The notes beneath the pieces were generated by a model. The model was not told the DNA's origin and ran no database searches. It saw only the letters and a program-made list of their open reading frames with translations. DNA of 64,000 nt from Octopus sinensis (taxonomy: Eukaryota): the NCBI RefSeq assembly GCF_006345805.1, contig NC_043001.1, forward strand, positions 116,126,001 through 116,190,000, given 5' to 3'. A program made the translations under genes and the position numbers. Position 1 is the stretch's first letter; the number at the start of each line of letters is the position of its first letter. Below, in pieces: positions 50,530 to 62,793 of this stretch.

Positions 50530-50870
50530 TCTTCGGGACACTGGAGCTTGCTGAGGAAATGACAAGGGACCGGAAGATGTAGCGATTTGCTGTACTTGAT
50601 AAGACACATCAAGTTAAATAAAATCGCAGTCATCCACACATACAGGCTTGTCCATTCAGGTGCCAGTACCACTTAAAAAGTACCTCTGTTGGTACTGCGT
50701 AAACACACCCAGCACACTCTGTTAAGTGGTTGGCACTAAGAAGGGCATCTAGCCATAGAAACCATGCCACAACAGACAGTGTGAGTCTGGATTGCACTTT
50801 GCTAGCCAACTCCATGTCAAACCATCCAATCTGTGCCAGCATGGAAAGCAGACATTAAACGATGATGATT
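50530..50870 (+). mobile_element. Older RTE ORF end plus 3'UTR remnant
   Basis: LRTLELAEEMTRDRKM*RFAVLDKTHQVK*, then a degenerate family R block. Confidence 0.75.
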
Positions 50871-51108
50871 ACACACATGTTGTACTTTAAAAATCTCCAG
50901 TTTGCTATGAAGATCAGGCCTTCCCAATAAGTGAGCCATATGCACGTTTATGAGAATATATTTCTGATGTACCCATTGTACATACTGCTACAGTGCATGT
51001 GTCACAAAAACTTCCAAGTTTTTTTACCAGAAATGACTCACAATAATTTAATGAAATTAATTTATGAAAATTCTGAATAATGAATAAAATTAAATTGAAT
51101 TCCCTTAC

Positions 51109-51265
51109 CTGAATTTCTTTCACAATAGCTGCAAATTTGGGACATTTCTCTGCTGATTCATTCATAAGATTCATGGCATTATCAAAGTTCTTTACATATT
51201 CTGAATATAGTTTAAGGAAAGGAGCATTTCTCTTCATTAGATCCCCAATTCTTGGCTCCGAATGC
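51109..51265 (-). CDS. FGD: FGD exon, DH domain: (W)HSEPRIGDLMKRNAPFLKLYSEYVKNFDNAMNLMNESAEKCPKFAAIVKEIQ
   Basis: Acceptor ttttcatctag|G, donor CAG|gtaagg; 157 nt; APFLKLYSEYVKNF is a typical DH motif. Confidence 0.95.
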
Positions 51266-52975
51266 CTAGATGAAAAGAAAAAGAAAAAAATTTTACAAAT
51301 TTGAACTGAATCAGATAACAATAATGGATTTCTCAGATAGATTCACCATCAGACAAAGAAATCTTCTAATTAAAGGCTAAGCACCTATGAGTTGGAGGAA
51401 TTTGAACTTAAAATGTAATAAGTTGCAACTAAATACCACACATCAATTTTCGTTTTGGCACTCTAAGAAGTCTGACAATCCTTGATAATATGGAACATGA
51501 CATTAAGATAGTTTTAGAGAAAGAAAGTTTGCTTGAAAAGTGAAGGTAGAAATAACAAAGTCTGATAGTAGAGAGAAATTGTGTGTGTGTGTGTGTGTGT
51601 AATGTGATAATAATTAGTGTTGATCTCATGATCATGCGGTTGTGAGTTTGGTTCCTGGACCAGGCAGTGCATTGTGTTTCTGAGCAAGGTACTTTATTTC
51701 ATGTAACTCCAGTTTACTCAAGCGTAAAAGAGTACCAGTCATATACTGGTGCAAGTCTTATTTCTCCCTCCAGCGGAATCAAAAATAAGATGAGCAGAGG
51801 GTGCCTATGCCTGCTCAGAACTACACAGACTGCACAAACACTGAAAACAATTAATGAAGGCACATGATACATTCTACCAGACCACACTTGTATGTGTGTG
51901 CAAGAGACAGCAATGGTCTTTTCTTTTTTCATACATACATACACAAACAGACAGACAGACAGACATAGAACTAAGACAACTACTCTTTTACTCTGTTGAT
52001 TCCAGTCATTGGAGTGTGGTCATGCTGGAGCACTGATGTACAGGGTCTTTAGTTGGTTACACGGACCCTGATATGTATTTCTGTCTGGTTAAGAGAAACT
52101 ACTCATCACATCTTTCTACAGAAATACACATATGCATGTGCATACACACACACACACACACACACACTAAACTTCTACACAGGTCAACATATGGCTACAG
52201 TAGAAGATATCTATATGCCCAGGGTATTATGCACTGGGATTGAACACGGATCAATATAGTTGCAAAGCATACATCTTAACAACGTAGCAATGCATGACAG
52301 GTAGAATCTAACTTAAAAACAAATTTCATTTAATTTCTGGAAGCCCAAAATAATAACTCATTCTATATTTACTAAACAGTATTTTTGTACTAGTTTTTAT
52401 AAAAAAAAAATATCAAAAACTTGCTATGAAGAAAGTGAAGAAGATTAAAAAACAAACTTGAAGATCTTTTTTTTATCTTCTTCACTTCACTAGAACAGGA
52501 AGCTGTCCAATAAACAGGAAGAACATGAAAGGTTTATGAAACAGCAGATGCAATGTTGAGCTGTTGAGATATTTATAAAGATTTGAATAAAAAGATACTG
52601 ATAACATCTGACAGATAAGCCAGGTTTATGTGAATGAATGAATCAAACGAAATCTAGTTTTGACAGTTCAGCTCTTGCGTTTCAGAATGCAACAAAGAAG
52701 GTAGCACTCATCTAATGGATCAGAAATGCGCTGATATGAAATAAGATGGTCTTATTGATTTTATATTAATGATAGCAGTGGTGGTTTAGTGTGGTAGAAT
52801 GGCTGAATTACTGAGAGGTCATCATTCTGGATTTAATATCGTATAAGGGGTGACACTATCTTGTATCCATCTAGAGAGGAGAGTGAGGCAATCAAATACA
52901 CACACACACACACACACCAATAATATAAGGAAATTGAGGTAAGCAAATAAACACAAAAACAGACATACATTGTCA

Positions 52976-53375
52976 TCTTTAAATATAAAAGAGAGGTTGT
53001 GTGCTGTCTGTCTCCTACGATTTAGATTCCTAACTACTTCCACATTTTGCGGTGCAGTTTAACCAAAAGCGGATATCTTATAGTCGTGATTCATATCGAG
53101 CCCTTCTGGGTATTAGCGCGTGTCTATGATGAGTCTACGATTCTAAAAAAAATTTACCATCATTTTTTTCCATTTTAATGCATTTTTTTTGCTATTATAT
53201 AAGGGAAGTAACTCTCTAAAAATGTCTACGATGAGTCAACGATTTAAAAAAGAATTTGCTATCATTTTTTTTCATTTTTAATGCATTTTTTGCTATTTTT
53301 TGGCTATAACTCTCTAAAAATGCTTATGTAGTTATTTCCCTTACAAACCCGAGCAACGTCGGGCGATACTGCTAG
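52976..53375 (+). mobile_element. Non-autonomous Helitron (400 bp)
   Basis: 5' TC after host A; subterminal hairpin CCCGA-gcaacg-TCGGG at 53348-53363; 3' CTAG before host T; no TSD; internal tandem duplication of about 110 bp. Confidence 0.82.
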
Positions 53376-53724
53376 TTAAAAATAAATACACACTGATATA
53401 CAAGTGAGTTGGTAAATCAAATGCACACACACTGATATATAAGAAAATGAGCTACACGTATGCACACACCGATATAGAGGAGAATGCTGTCATGAAACAT
53501 ACAATAGGAGAGGATAATGAAACACACACTTATATACAAACAATAACATACGAGGGGGTGGGCTAAATAAACAGATCCACATACAGTAATAGTGGACTAA
53601 TGAAACCACATACACACACTCAACATATATATAGGTGAGTAGGTTAATGAAACACATATGTATTGAATTCCTTACTTTGCTTCCATTTCTAACAGAATCA
53701 CCCATGTACAATTGTATGGTTGTG

Positions 53725-53991
53725 TGTCATCATCATCATTGTTCGACCGTGGTCGAGACAATGGAATTTACCATGCTACGCCAGACTTCACGGTCCATCA
53801 TGGCATTACGGAGGTCCTGTTGCTGGATGCCTGTATCCCTGGAGATTACATCAGGGTAGGAGAGTGGTGTGCGCCCTCTGGTATTGCGAGTAGATGGCTT
53901 CCAGAGGAGAAGAGTAGAAATTACTTCTTTTTCAGCTCTACAACAATGTCCAGCAAACTGGACCTACCTTTCACAAGAGATGACACAGGTG
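53725..53991 (-). mobile_element. RTEX-type LINE 3' end (same family as 35710)
   Basis: Reverse complement is highly similar to 35945-36205. Confidence 0.88.
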
Positions 53992-54023
53992 TCACACACA
54001 CACACACACACACAACACACACA

Positions 54024-54070
<47 letters not shown>

Positions 54071-54654
54071 GAAATTAGTGTCCTAGTGTAATGCACAGAA
54101 CATATATGATAAGAGGGTGTAAAAACTAACACTTCCTTTTTCCAGAGTTGAGATTCGAAACCGAATCTAAAGATTCTTGCTCAGCTGATCCACCACTGGC
54201 TAAACAGGTGTGAAAGAAATTTCTTTATCCTGTCAAAAAATGATGGATGGTTTCCCTTCGACCTCAGCCATGTCATTTAAGGTTCAAGTGGACAGGAAGC
54301 GACCTATATAGGTAGGAATTTCTCCTGTGGTATGTCTGTCCTTCTAGCTGTCATGACCATTATAAATGCAGCAATCCTTCAAAGGACAGCAGAGAGAGAG
54401 AGATAGCCAGGAGATGGCCAGCAAGTGACTTCACCAGTTAAGCAGGCAACAGAAATCCAGATATTCAACATGACTGAACCAACACAGTAAGCAGTCACAG
54501 AACATAAACACACAAACAAAATGACCAACGCACACACAGACACAAAACATGTCCAGTTCTACCTCATCATATTGACACAGTATTTTACTCTGTTAATTCT
54601 TTCTTGACCAGCTCCAAGTAAAGTTGGTACTGTCATGTAATAAGATTTTTGGTG

Positions 54655-55508
54655 TACTCTTTTACTCTTTTACTTGTTTCAGTCATTTGACTGTGGCCAT
54701 GCTGGAGCACTGCCTTTAGTCAAGCAAATCGACCCCAGGACTTATTCTTTGTAAGCCTAGTACTTATCCTGTTGGTCTCTTTTGCCGAACCGCTAAGTTA
54801 CGGGGATGTAAACATACCAGCATCGGTTGTCAAGCGATGTTGGGGGGACAGACACAGACACACAAACATTTACACACACATGCATATATATACATATACA
54901 TATATACGACGGGCTTCTTTCAGTTTCTGTCAACCAAATCCACTCACAAGGCTTTGGTTGGCCCTCAGGGCTATAGTAGAAGACACTTGCCCAAGGTGTC
55001 ACGCAGTGGGACTGAACCCAGAACCATGTGGTTGGTAAGCAAGCTACTTACCACACAGCCACTACTACAAGTGTCGTTTAAATATATACTCTTTTACTCG
55101 TTTCACTGCAGCCATGCTGGAGCACCACCTTTTTTTTTTTTTTTTTTTAGTCGAGCAAGTCGACCCCGGGACTTATTCTTTGTAAGCCCAGTACTTATTC
55201 TATCGGTCTCTTTTGCCGAACTGCTAAGTGATGGGGACGTAAACACACCAGCATCGGTTGTCAAGCAATGCTAGGGGGGCAAACACAGACACACAAACAC
55301 ACACACACACACATACATATATATATATATCTATATACATATATGTGACAGGCTTCTTTCAGTTTCCGTCTACCAAATCCACTCACAAGGCATTGGTCGG
55401 CCCGGGCTATAGCAGAAGACACTTGCTCAAGATGCCACGCAGTGGGACTGAACCCGGAACCATGTGGTTGGTTAGTAAGCTATTTACCACACAGCCACTC
55501 CTGCGCCT
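54655..55508 (-). mobile_element. Two adjacent SINE family B copies (about 54655-55065 and 55088-55508)
   Basis: Both are full length. Confidence 0.88.
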
Positions 55509-55829
55509 ATTATTTAAACTACAATCCAATGTTTTCCCTATTTCATCTGCTGCCTCAACATCTTTAGCTACACATTTCCCACTGCAAGGGCAATCAAACA
55601 AATACACACATATGAAAGTTCCTAATGTGGAACAAATTATTTTGTCATGAAAAAAAAAAAATGGAGAATAACATTTCTAATGAAGGGTTCTATCTGAAAC
55701 ATAATACTTCTTCCTCTTCCTAATGCCTAAATAATTTATTCCACATTGTCAACATTTTGAACTTACTCTATATCCATACATTTAATCACTAGTTCTCTCA
55801 GATCCTCTTGTTTCACATGTAAACACACA

Positions 55830-55874
<45 letters not shown>

Positions 55875-55906
55875 AAATGATTGTCTGCTCCCCAGTTTCT
55901 TATTTC

Positions 55907-56399
55907 TTTACTGCCCACAAGGGGATACACACAGAGGGGACAAACAAGGATAGACAAATGGATTAAGTCGATTATATCAACCCCAGTGCATAACTGGTAA
56001 TTATTTAAGGGCGGCGAGCTGGCAGAAACGTTAGCATGCCGGGCGAAATGCTTAGCGGTATTTCGTCTGCCAATACATTGTGAGTTCAAATTCCGTCTGC
56101 CAATACGTTGTGAGTTCAAAGTCGACTTTGCCTTTCATCCTCTCGGGGGTCGATTAAATAAGTACCAGTTACACACTGGGATCGATATAATCGACTTAAT
56201 CCGTTTGTCTGTCGTTGTTTGTCCTCTCTGTGTTTAGCCCCTAGTGGGTAGTAAAGAAATAGGTAATTATTTAATCGACCCCGAAAGGATGAAAGGCAAA
56301 GTCGACCTCGGCAGAATTTGAACTCAGAACGTAACGGCAGATGAAACACCGCTAAGCATTTCACCCTTCGTGCTAACGTTTCTGCCAGCTTGCCGCCTT
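55907..56399. mobile_element. SINE family C (plus) inserted into an oppositely oriented copy of the same family
   Basis: 13-bp TSD ggtaattatttaa at 55996-56008 and 56262-56274. Confidence 0.9.
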
Positions 56400-57362
56400 C
56401 CCTCCAGTTTCTATTGGCCAAGTTCCACTCATAAGCTATTGGTCATCCCAATGCTATATAGTAATAAGCACTCATCCAAAGAGTGCTACACAGTATGATC
56501 AAACTTGGAGCCAAATGGTTCTGAAACTAATTTCTTACCCATACAGTCATTCCCAAATCTTAATTTAAAAGCATTTTCCATGTCCCTATTCAGTTACTTC
56601 TCACCCAGTATCATATCAAAGAAAGTTAAAGAAACCCTAAAAAGAGTAACTAAACCTGAATCTGGAACCAGTGTGATATCTAAACCATGGGTATATATCC
56701 AGGTTTCACTGAAATTCAACATTACACATATTTAGGTGGGGGCCATGGATTAGTTGAATTGGAAGGGTATTGAACAAAAGATATTGAGGTATTTAGTAAT
56801 GTCACTTCATATTCGTTCTGATATTGAATACTGCAGTTAATTACATTTACCGTTAAATACTTTCTTTAAGTATGATACATAGATTGCTATTTTGAACTAA
56901 CACTGCTTGTGTTTGCTCATAATGACTTTTTATTCAGCAGGCTGGCTTATTGCAACATCAGTGATTTTTAAATCACTGTTTTTCATTATCTACAAAGACA
57001 AATTTTGTTTTAGCATGCAGTTATGAGTGAATACTTGCTACAGATGAAACACAATGCAGAAATGCATGTTTAGCAAAGCCACCACCATTGCTGGACGATT
57101 TTCACCTGCTGCTGCTATGTTCTTTTTTTTTTTTTTGTATCTTTGATAATGTACACCAATAAAAGATGCTATCTTGAGAAAAATGCTGCACTTAGACAGG
57201 CTTTCCATGATGTATCTGCTTTAAGTATGATATGCAGGTTACTATGTTTTAGATATTAATACTGCTTCTCTCGCACATAAGGAATTTAAAAAATTAACAA
57301 CTAAGAAACTGAAGCCTTATAATAACATTAGAAATTAATACATTTTTCAAACACATATCAGT

Positions 57363-57765
57363 AGAGTGGCTGTGTGGTAAGTAGCTTGCTTACGAACAAC
57401 ATGGTTCCAGGTTCAGTCCCACTGCGTGGCACCTTGGGCAAATGTCTTCTACTATTGCCTTGGGCCGACCAAAGCCTTGTGAGTGGATTCGGTAGATGGA
57501 AACTGAAAGAAGCCTGTTGTATATATGTATATATATATATATGTATGTGTGTGTGTATGTAAGTTTGTCTATTTGTCCCCCCAACATCGCTTGACAACCG
57601 ATGCTGGTGTGTTTACATCCCCGTAACTTTGTGGTTCGACAAAAGAGATCGATAGAATAAGTACTAGGCTTACAAAGAATAAGTCCTGGGGTCAATTTGC
57701 TCGACTAAAAGCAGTGCTCCAGCATGGCCACAGTCAAATGACTGAAACAAGTAAAAGAGTAAAGG
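57363..57765 (+). mobile_element. SINE family B
   Basis: Full-length consensus match. Confidence 0.87.
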
Positions 57766-58338
57766 AATATATTCCACTGGAGGTGATCTTTCTGCTGGTA
57801 ATTAAGTAGCTGCTAAATTGTTAGTAATTCTCATGTGATGTGAGAGAAGACTAAATTGTGATGCTTATCCAATAGAAAGAGGTGTTTATAGTTGTTATTT
57901 TGATAGCTGAAATTGTTCAAGGTTAACTTCACACAGTGGGAATTATGACCCCGCTCAGTAAACAACAGATGTATGGTTTAAATCTTACAGAACCTCTTTT
58001 GCTTTTGTCTCTGTTTTAAGTAACATTTCTGGATATGTTATGCATGTATGTAATCAAAATTATAATTATTTTTAAGTACTTTTTTTTTAATACTGGTATG
58101 ATTTTTCTTTTAAGGCAGTGTTTTGCAGCTGGATACCCTTTTGGACACCAACCTCTTAAGTTGCCTTTTATGGTATATATGATTATAGTGCACTTGTTAT
58201 AAAAGCTGGACACTGAAATACACAGCAGGTGTGTGTGTGTGTGTGTGTTGTGTGTGTGTGTGTGTTGTGTGTGTGTGTGTGTGTGTATTTATTATTTATT
58301 GTGTTGGATATCTTATAATGGGAACTTATTTCAAAACT

Positions 58339-58595
58339 ATCATCATCATCATCATCATCATCGTTAAACGTCCGTTTTCCATGCTAGCATGGGTTGGACA
58401 GTTCGACCGGGGTCTGGGAAGCCAGGAGGTTGCACCAGGCTCCAGTCTGATCTGGCAGTGTTTCTACAGCTGGATGCCCTTCCTAACGCCAACCACTCAG
58501 TGAGTGTAGTGGGTGCTTTTTACGTGCCACCGACTCAGGTGCCAGGGGAGGCTGGCAATGGCAACAATCGGTTGGTGCTTTTTACGTGCCACCGA
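58339..58595 (-). mobile_element. Family R copy
   Basis: Conserved block and tail. Confidence 0.85.
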
Positions 58596-58681
58596 ATCAC
58601 TTTGTATCTTATGAATTCTAAGTCATTCAAAAAAGGGCCAACCAAAACTGAGGTGTATCTTATAAACATGTACACCTAATT

Positions 58682-59092
58682 AGGCGCAGGAGTGGCTGTG
58701 TGGTAAGTAGCTTGCTAACCAGCCACATGGTTCCGGGTTCAGTCCCACTGCGTGGCATCTTGGGCAAGTGTCTTCTGCTATAGCCCCGGGCCGACCAATG
58801 CCTTGTGAGTGGATTTGGTAGACGGAAACTGAAAGAAGTCTGTCGTATATATGTATATATATATATATGTATGTGTGTGTGTTTGTGTTTGTCCCCCTGG
58901 CATTGCTTGACAACCGATGCTGGTGTGTTTACGTCCCCGTCACTTAGCAGTTCAGCAAACGAGACCAATAGAATAAGTACTGGGCTTACAAAGAATAAGT
59001 CCCGGGGTAGATTTGCTCGACTAAAGGTGGTGCTCCAGCATGGCCGCAGTCAAATGACTGAAACAAGTAAAAGAGTAAAAGAGTAAAGAGAG
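58682..59092 (+). mobile_element. SINE family B, young subfamily
   Basis: Near-identical to the copy at 23629. Confidence 0.9.
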
Positions 59093-59514
59093 TAATTAAG
59101 TTGTGAAATACAGTGAGTGTGGACGATACACACACACACACACATACACACACATGTTGGAGGAAGTTTGTGAAAGACTAACATTCCTCATCTTAGTAAA
59201 GATTTAGCCAGATGTGACATTAGATTTTGTGGAGCTACTGATCTTGCCATAGATAAGGACCAATGGTAAAAGTGGATGTTGAAGAATGGGAGAGAGAGAG
59301 AGAGAGAGTAAGTGTGTGTGTGTGTGCGTGCGCACATGCATGCGACCATATATGAATAGATATGTGTGAATGACCTCAAAATAACAGAAATCTCCACAGA
59401 TTTAACCTGTGTATTCAAAACATATTAACTAACTTAACAGCTTCAATATGTAATTTCTGCACTATCTGCAACATTTCCTACGTCTCTCTCTATGTCTATT
59501 TGTATCTCCATTTT

Positions 59515-59602
<88 letters not shown>

Positions 59603-60361
59603 CTCCCTCTCTCTTTCATGTCTTTTCAATCCTGTCTGAAATATGACCAAAGTCTCTCAATTATACTCGAAATATCATAGAATACTGACTTGGTCTAACT
59701 CCACAATATAAATTATCACATCTTCCTAAACATGTTAAAGACATCCCTCTCTCTGCCATTACCACGAATATGTGTGTATTAAACATTATCCAAAGGAAAA
59801 TATCAAACCATCTCAGAGTTAACACCAGTAAATGAAATTCACTTCCTCTCAGGGAAATATGTAAAGGGTTACTCAACTTACTAGAAACTGCAGTTGAATT
59901 TCCCTAACACAAATCTCTACCGCCTTAAAAAGATGATATCTAGAATGTATAATGTAATATTAGATATAAGAAACCCTAAAAGTAAAAACAGAAGACATAG
60001 TCATGGCTGGAATAATTTAGATCATAGATTTGTTACTTAATAAAAGCTAAACTGGAGCTAGAATTCCAGAGAAATATTACATGTGTCTTTCTACAAAATA
60101 CTGAAGCCATTCAAGAGTTAAGAACAGCACTCTGATGAGGGTAATCAGATTTTCTTAGAACGAATAAGACAAACTAATATATAAACATATATTCAAGTGG
60201 TTGGGGGCAAACATATTTCATGTAATGAACCAAAAATTACTAATTACTAATTGAAATTACATTCATATTAATGAGAACAATTACTATCCTAATTAAATAA
60301 ATTAAAACTAATTATATATAAAGTGCAGTAATGGGATGGAGTCTGATTTTTAGCAATACAA

Positions 60362-60408
60362 TGACAACTCTGGCATGTTTCAGCCTTATTAGACCTCATC
60401 AGTAAAGC
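60362..60408 (-). ncRNA. Degenerate hammerhead-like motif
   Basis: CUGAUGA GGUCU AAUA AGGCU GAAAC AU GCC. Both boxes and stem II present; the cleavage triplet and stem I are defective. Confidence 0.4.
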
Positions 60409-60481
60409 ATAGTTTAACTGTAACGTCAGACTTTAGAGTGACTAAAAAGGACATTATATATATATATATATATTGTATATA

Positions 60482-61359
60482 CAGGGTGCAGTGAATATAT
60501 TGTCATCTAAATTATGCAAAAATGAAAATAACACTGACATATCATTTTAATAGATATATCTACCAAAATTACATAAAAATATCTTGAAATACTAAAGAGT
60601 AAATTTATTCAATAAAATCGCCATTGGCTTCAACCATAGCCTCCAGACGACTTTGGAATCTCCTGCAACACTTCTGGACGGTCTCCTTGTTTAAGTTGGT
60701 GAATGCTGCTATAATCCTTGCCTTCAGTTCATCTTTGGTGTTACAAGGAGTTTTGCTGGTCTCTTGCTCAACTGCACCCCACACATAATAATCAAGGGGG
60801 TTGCAGTCTGGGGAGTTAGGTGACCAGATGTTAGGAGTGATGTGGTTGCAGAAATTATCTGACAGCCATGACTGGGTTCTCCTGCATGTGTGTCAGGGTG
60901 CAGAGTCCTGTTGCCAGACATAGGATCTTCCAGCAGCCTCCCTCTTGACCCAGAGTAGCACTGCCTCCTCCAGGCACTTGATGTAGGCCTCCATGTTGAG
61001 TGTGAGGCTGTGTGGGAAGATGAGTGGAGGCATAACATCGCTATCATTAGTGATCACTCAAAATACCAAGATGCTGACTGGATGTTTGATTTTTATCACT
61101 CTCGGAACATGCACTGTCCTCGGACTGACACCCAAACACTCTGAAATGTTCGTATTGGAGCTTCCAGCGCTGACGCCCAGCATTACAGCATGTCATTTCC
61201 AAATTTCTGGCAGATTGAATAACATCATGGTGCTGCTTTTCTCACAGATGGTGCCCAACTGTCCCTACGATACTGTGTAGTTGACAAAATCAAAAACAAA
61301 CAATGAGCATGCACGAAATTGAAAATATAAAATGGCAACAATTTACTCATTGCACCCTG
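60482..61359 (-). mobile_element. Tc1/mariner element, maT/DD37D-like, internally deleted with stops
   Basis: cagggtgca...tgcaccctg ends after TA; remnant YVWQQDSAP*H...WSPNSPDCNPLDYYVWG...RRFQSRLEAMVEANG. Confidence 0.85.
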
Positions 61360-62761
61360 ACAAAATCTAAAAGCCCACAGTATAAATGTGTATGTGTACC
61401 CTTGTCTTGACATCATGATAAATGTAAAGGAACATCACTGTCATACAAGTGGTGTTGTTCATTTCCAGTCTTCCATGAAAAACATATTTGGCCAAGGGGA
61501 AAAACAGGTGAGGATTGGCAACAGGGAGGGAGGGCATCCAGTAACAGATAATCTGACCCATACAAGCATGGGAACGTGGACATATGATGATGATGATGAC
61601 GGTGGGTGTACCTTAGCTTATACCTATCACATAAGCATCTCGTTCAGCAAACACTTCATGATGAAGTGCCAAGTCTCCCTAGAAGGCACCAATGAAATTG
61701 CAGAGCAGACAGATTGATTGAACAAATCAAGCAGTCAAATACCTGTTGTGTGTCTATTGACAACTTGACACAATTTCACTATAAGAGTGGATTATATCTT
61801 GACCAACAAATAGAAGAGTGATTTTATGTATTTCTGGTATATTTGCACAAAACACTGAATGAAGTTTATAGAAGCTCCACACACACACATGTGCAGACAC
61901 ACACACACACACACACATGTGCAGACACACATATATACATACATACGTACATACATACATACATACACAATAATAGTGGCTATGTTGACGTCAATAGTGT
62001 CAAAGACTGACTAAGCTAATGATGATGATGATAGTGGTGATGGAGAGGATACTTAGGATGAGGACTGTGATAAAGACAGGGATGCTGTTGCTGCTGGTGT
62101 TGATGATGATGGTGAAGAGGAGGATGGGATGGTGATAACAATGATGGTGCTGAGGATGATGATGATGATTATGACTGTGATGTATTCATAGAAAATGTGC
62201 TTGCAGATATTATTAATAATTGCACAGCAAGCTCCAAAATGAAATAAATATTACCTTTTATATAGTAACAACATAGAAAAGATTTGAGTCATAAAAATAT
62301 TATATTGAAAAGTGAAGGTATTAAACGTATGAGAGAGAGGGGAGAGAGAGGGAGAGTAAGGAAGGAGGGATAAGAATGAGAGAAATAAGAGAAAGACACA
62401 GAAAGATATATATTGATAGGGGAGACAGTTGAAACGAGAGAAAGAGAGAATTAAATGGATAGAGCAACAAAGAATTACACAGGTAGATAGATAGATAGTT
62501 CGATTAATAGACAGGCAGGTAAGTAGGTATGTAGATAAATTGACAGACAGATAGACATGTAGGAAAAGATAGATTGATTCATGTGGAGAAAGAGATTAAA
62601 TAGACGAATAAATATAAGGAAAGAAAATAAAACAGAAAAAAATTAAGAGATTATGAGCAATAAGAGATGAAGATATAGAGTGACACAAGCATATATATAT
62701 ATATACATACATACATACATACATACATACATACACACACACACATACATACGTACATACG

Positions 62762-62793
<32 letters not shown>

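Larger units (their letters stand above)
12059..51265 (-). other. FGD: FGD-family (FYVE, RhoGEF and PH domain-containing) gene, 3' 14 coding exons; 5' end not in window
   Basis: Manual assembly of 14 GT-AG exons with matching phases gives one 495-codon ORF plus stop, with domain order DH (C-half)-PH-FYVE-PH. The FYVE region most resembles FGD4/frabin (GKRAPRWI.D...[14 protein letters not shown]). Confidence 0.93.

Noticed and set aside
52670-52730. TAGATGA-GTGC...GCAT-TCT-GAAACGC hammerhead-like trace on the minus strand
   Set aside because: Too many core mismatches and no cleavage triplet or stem I.
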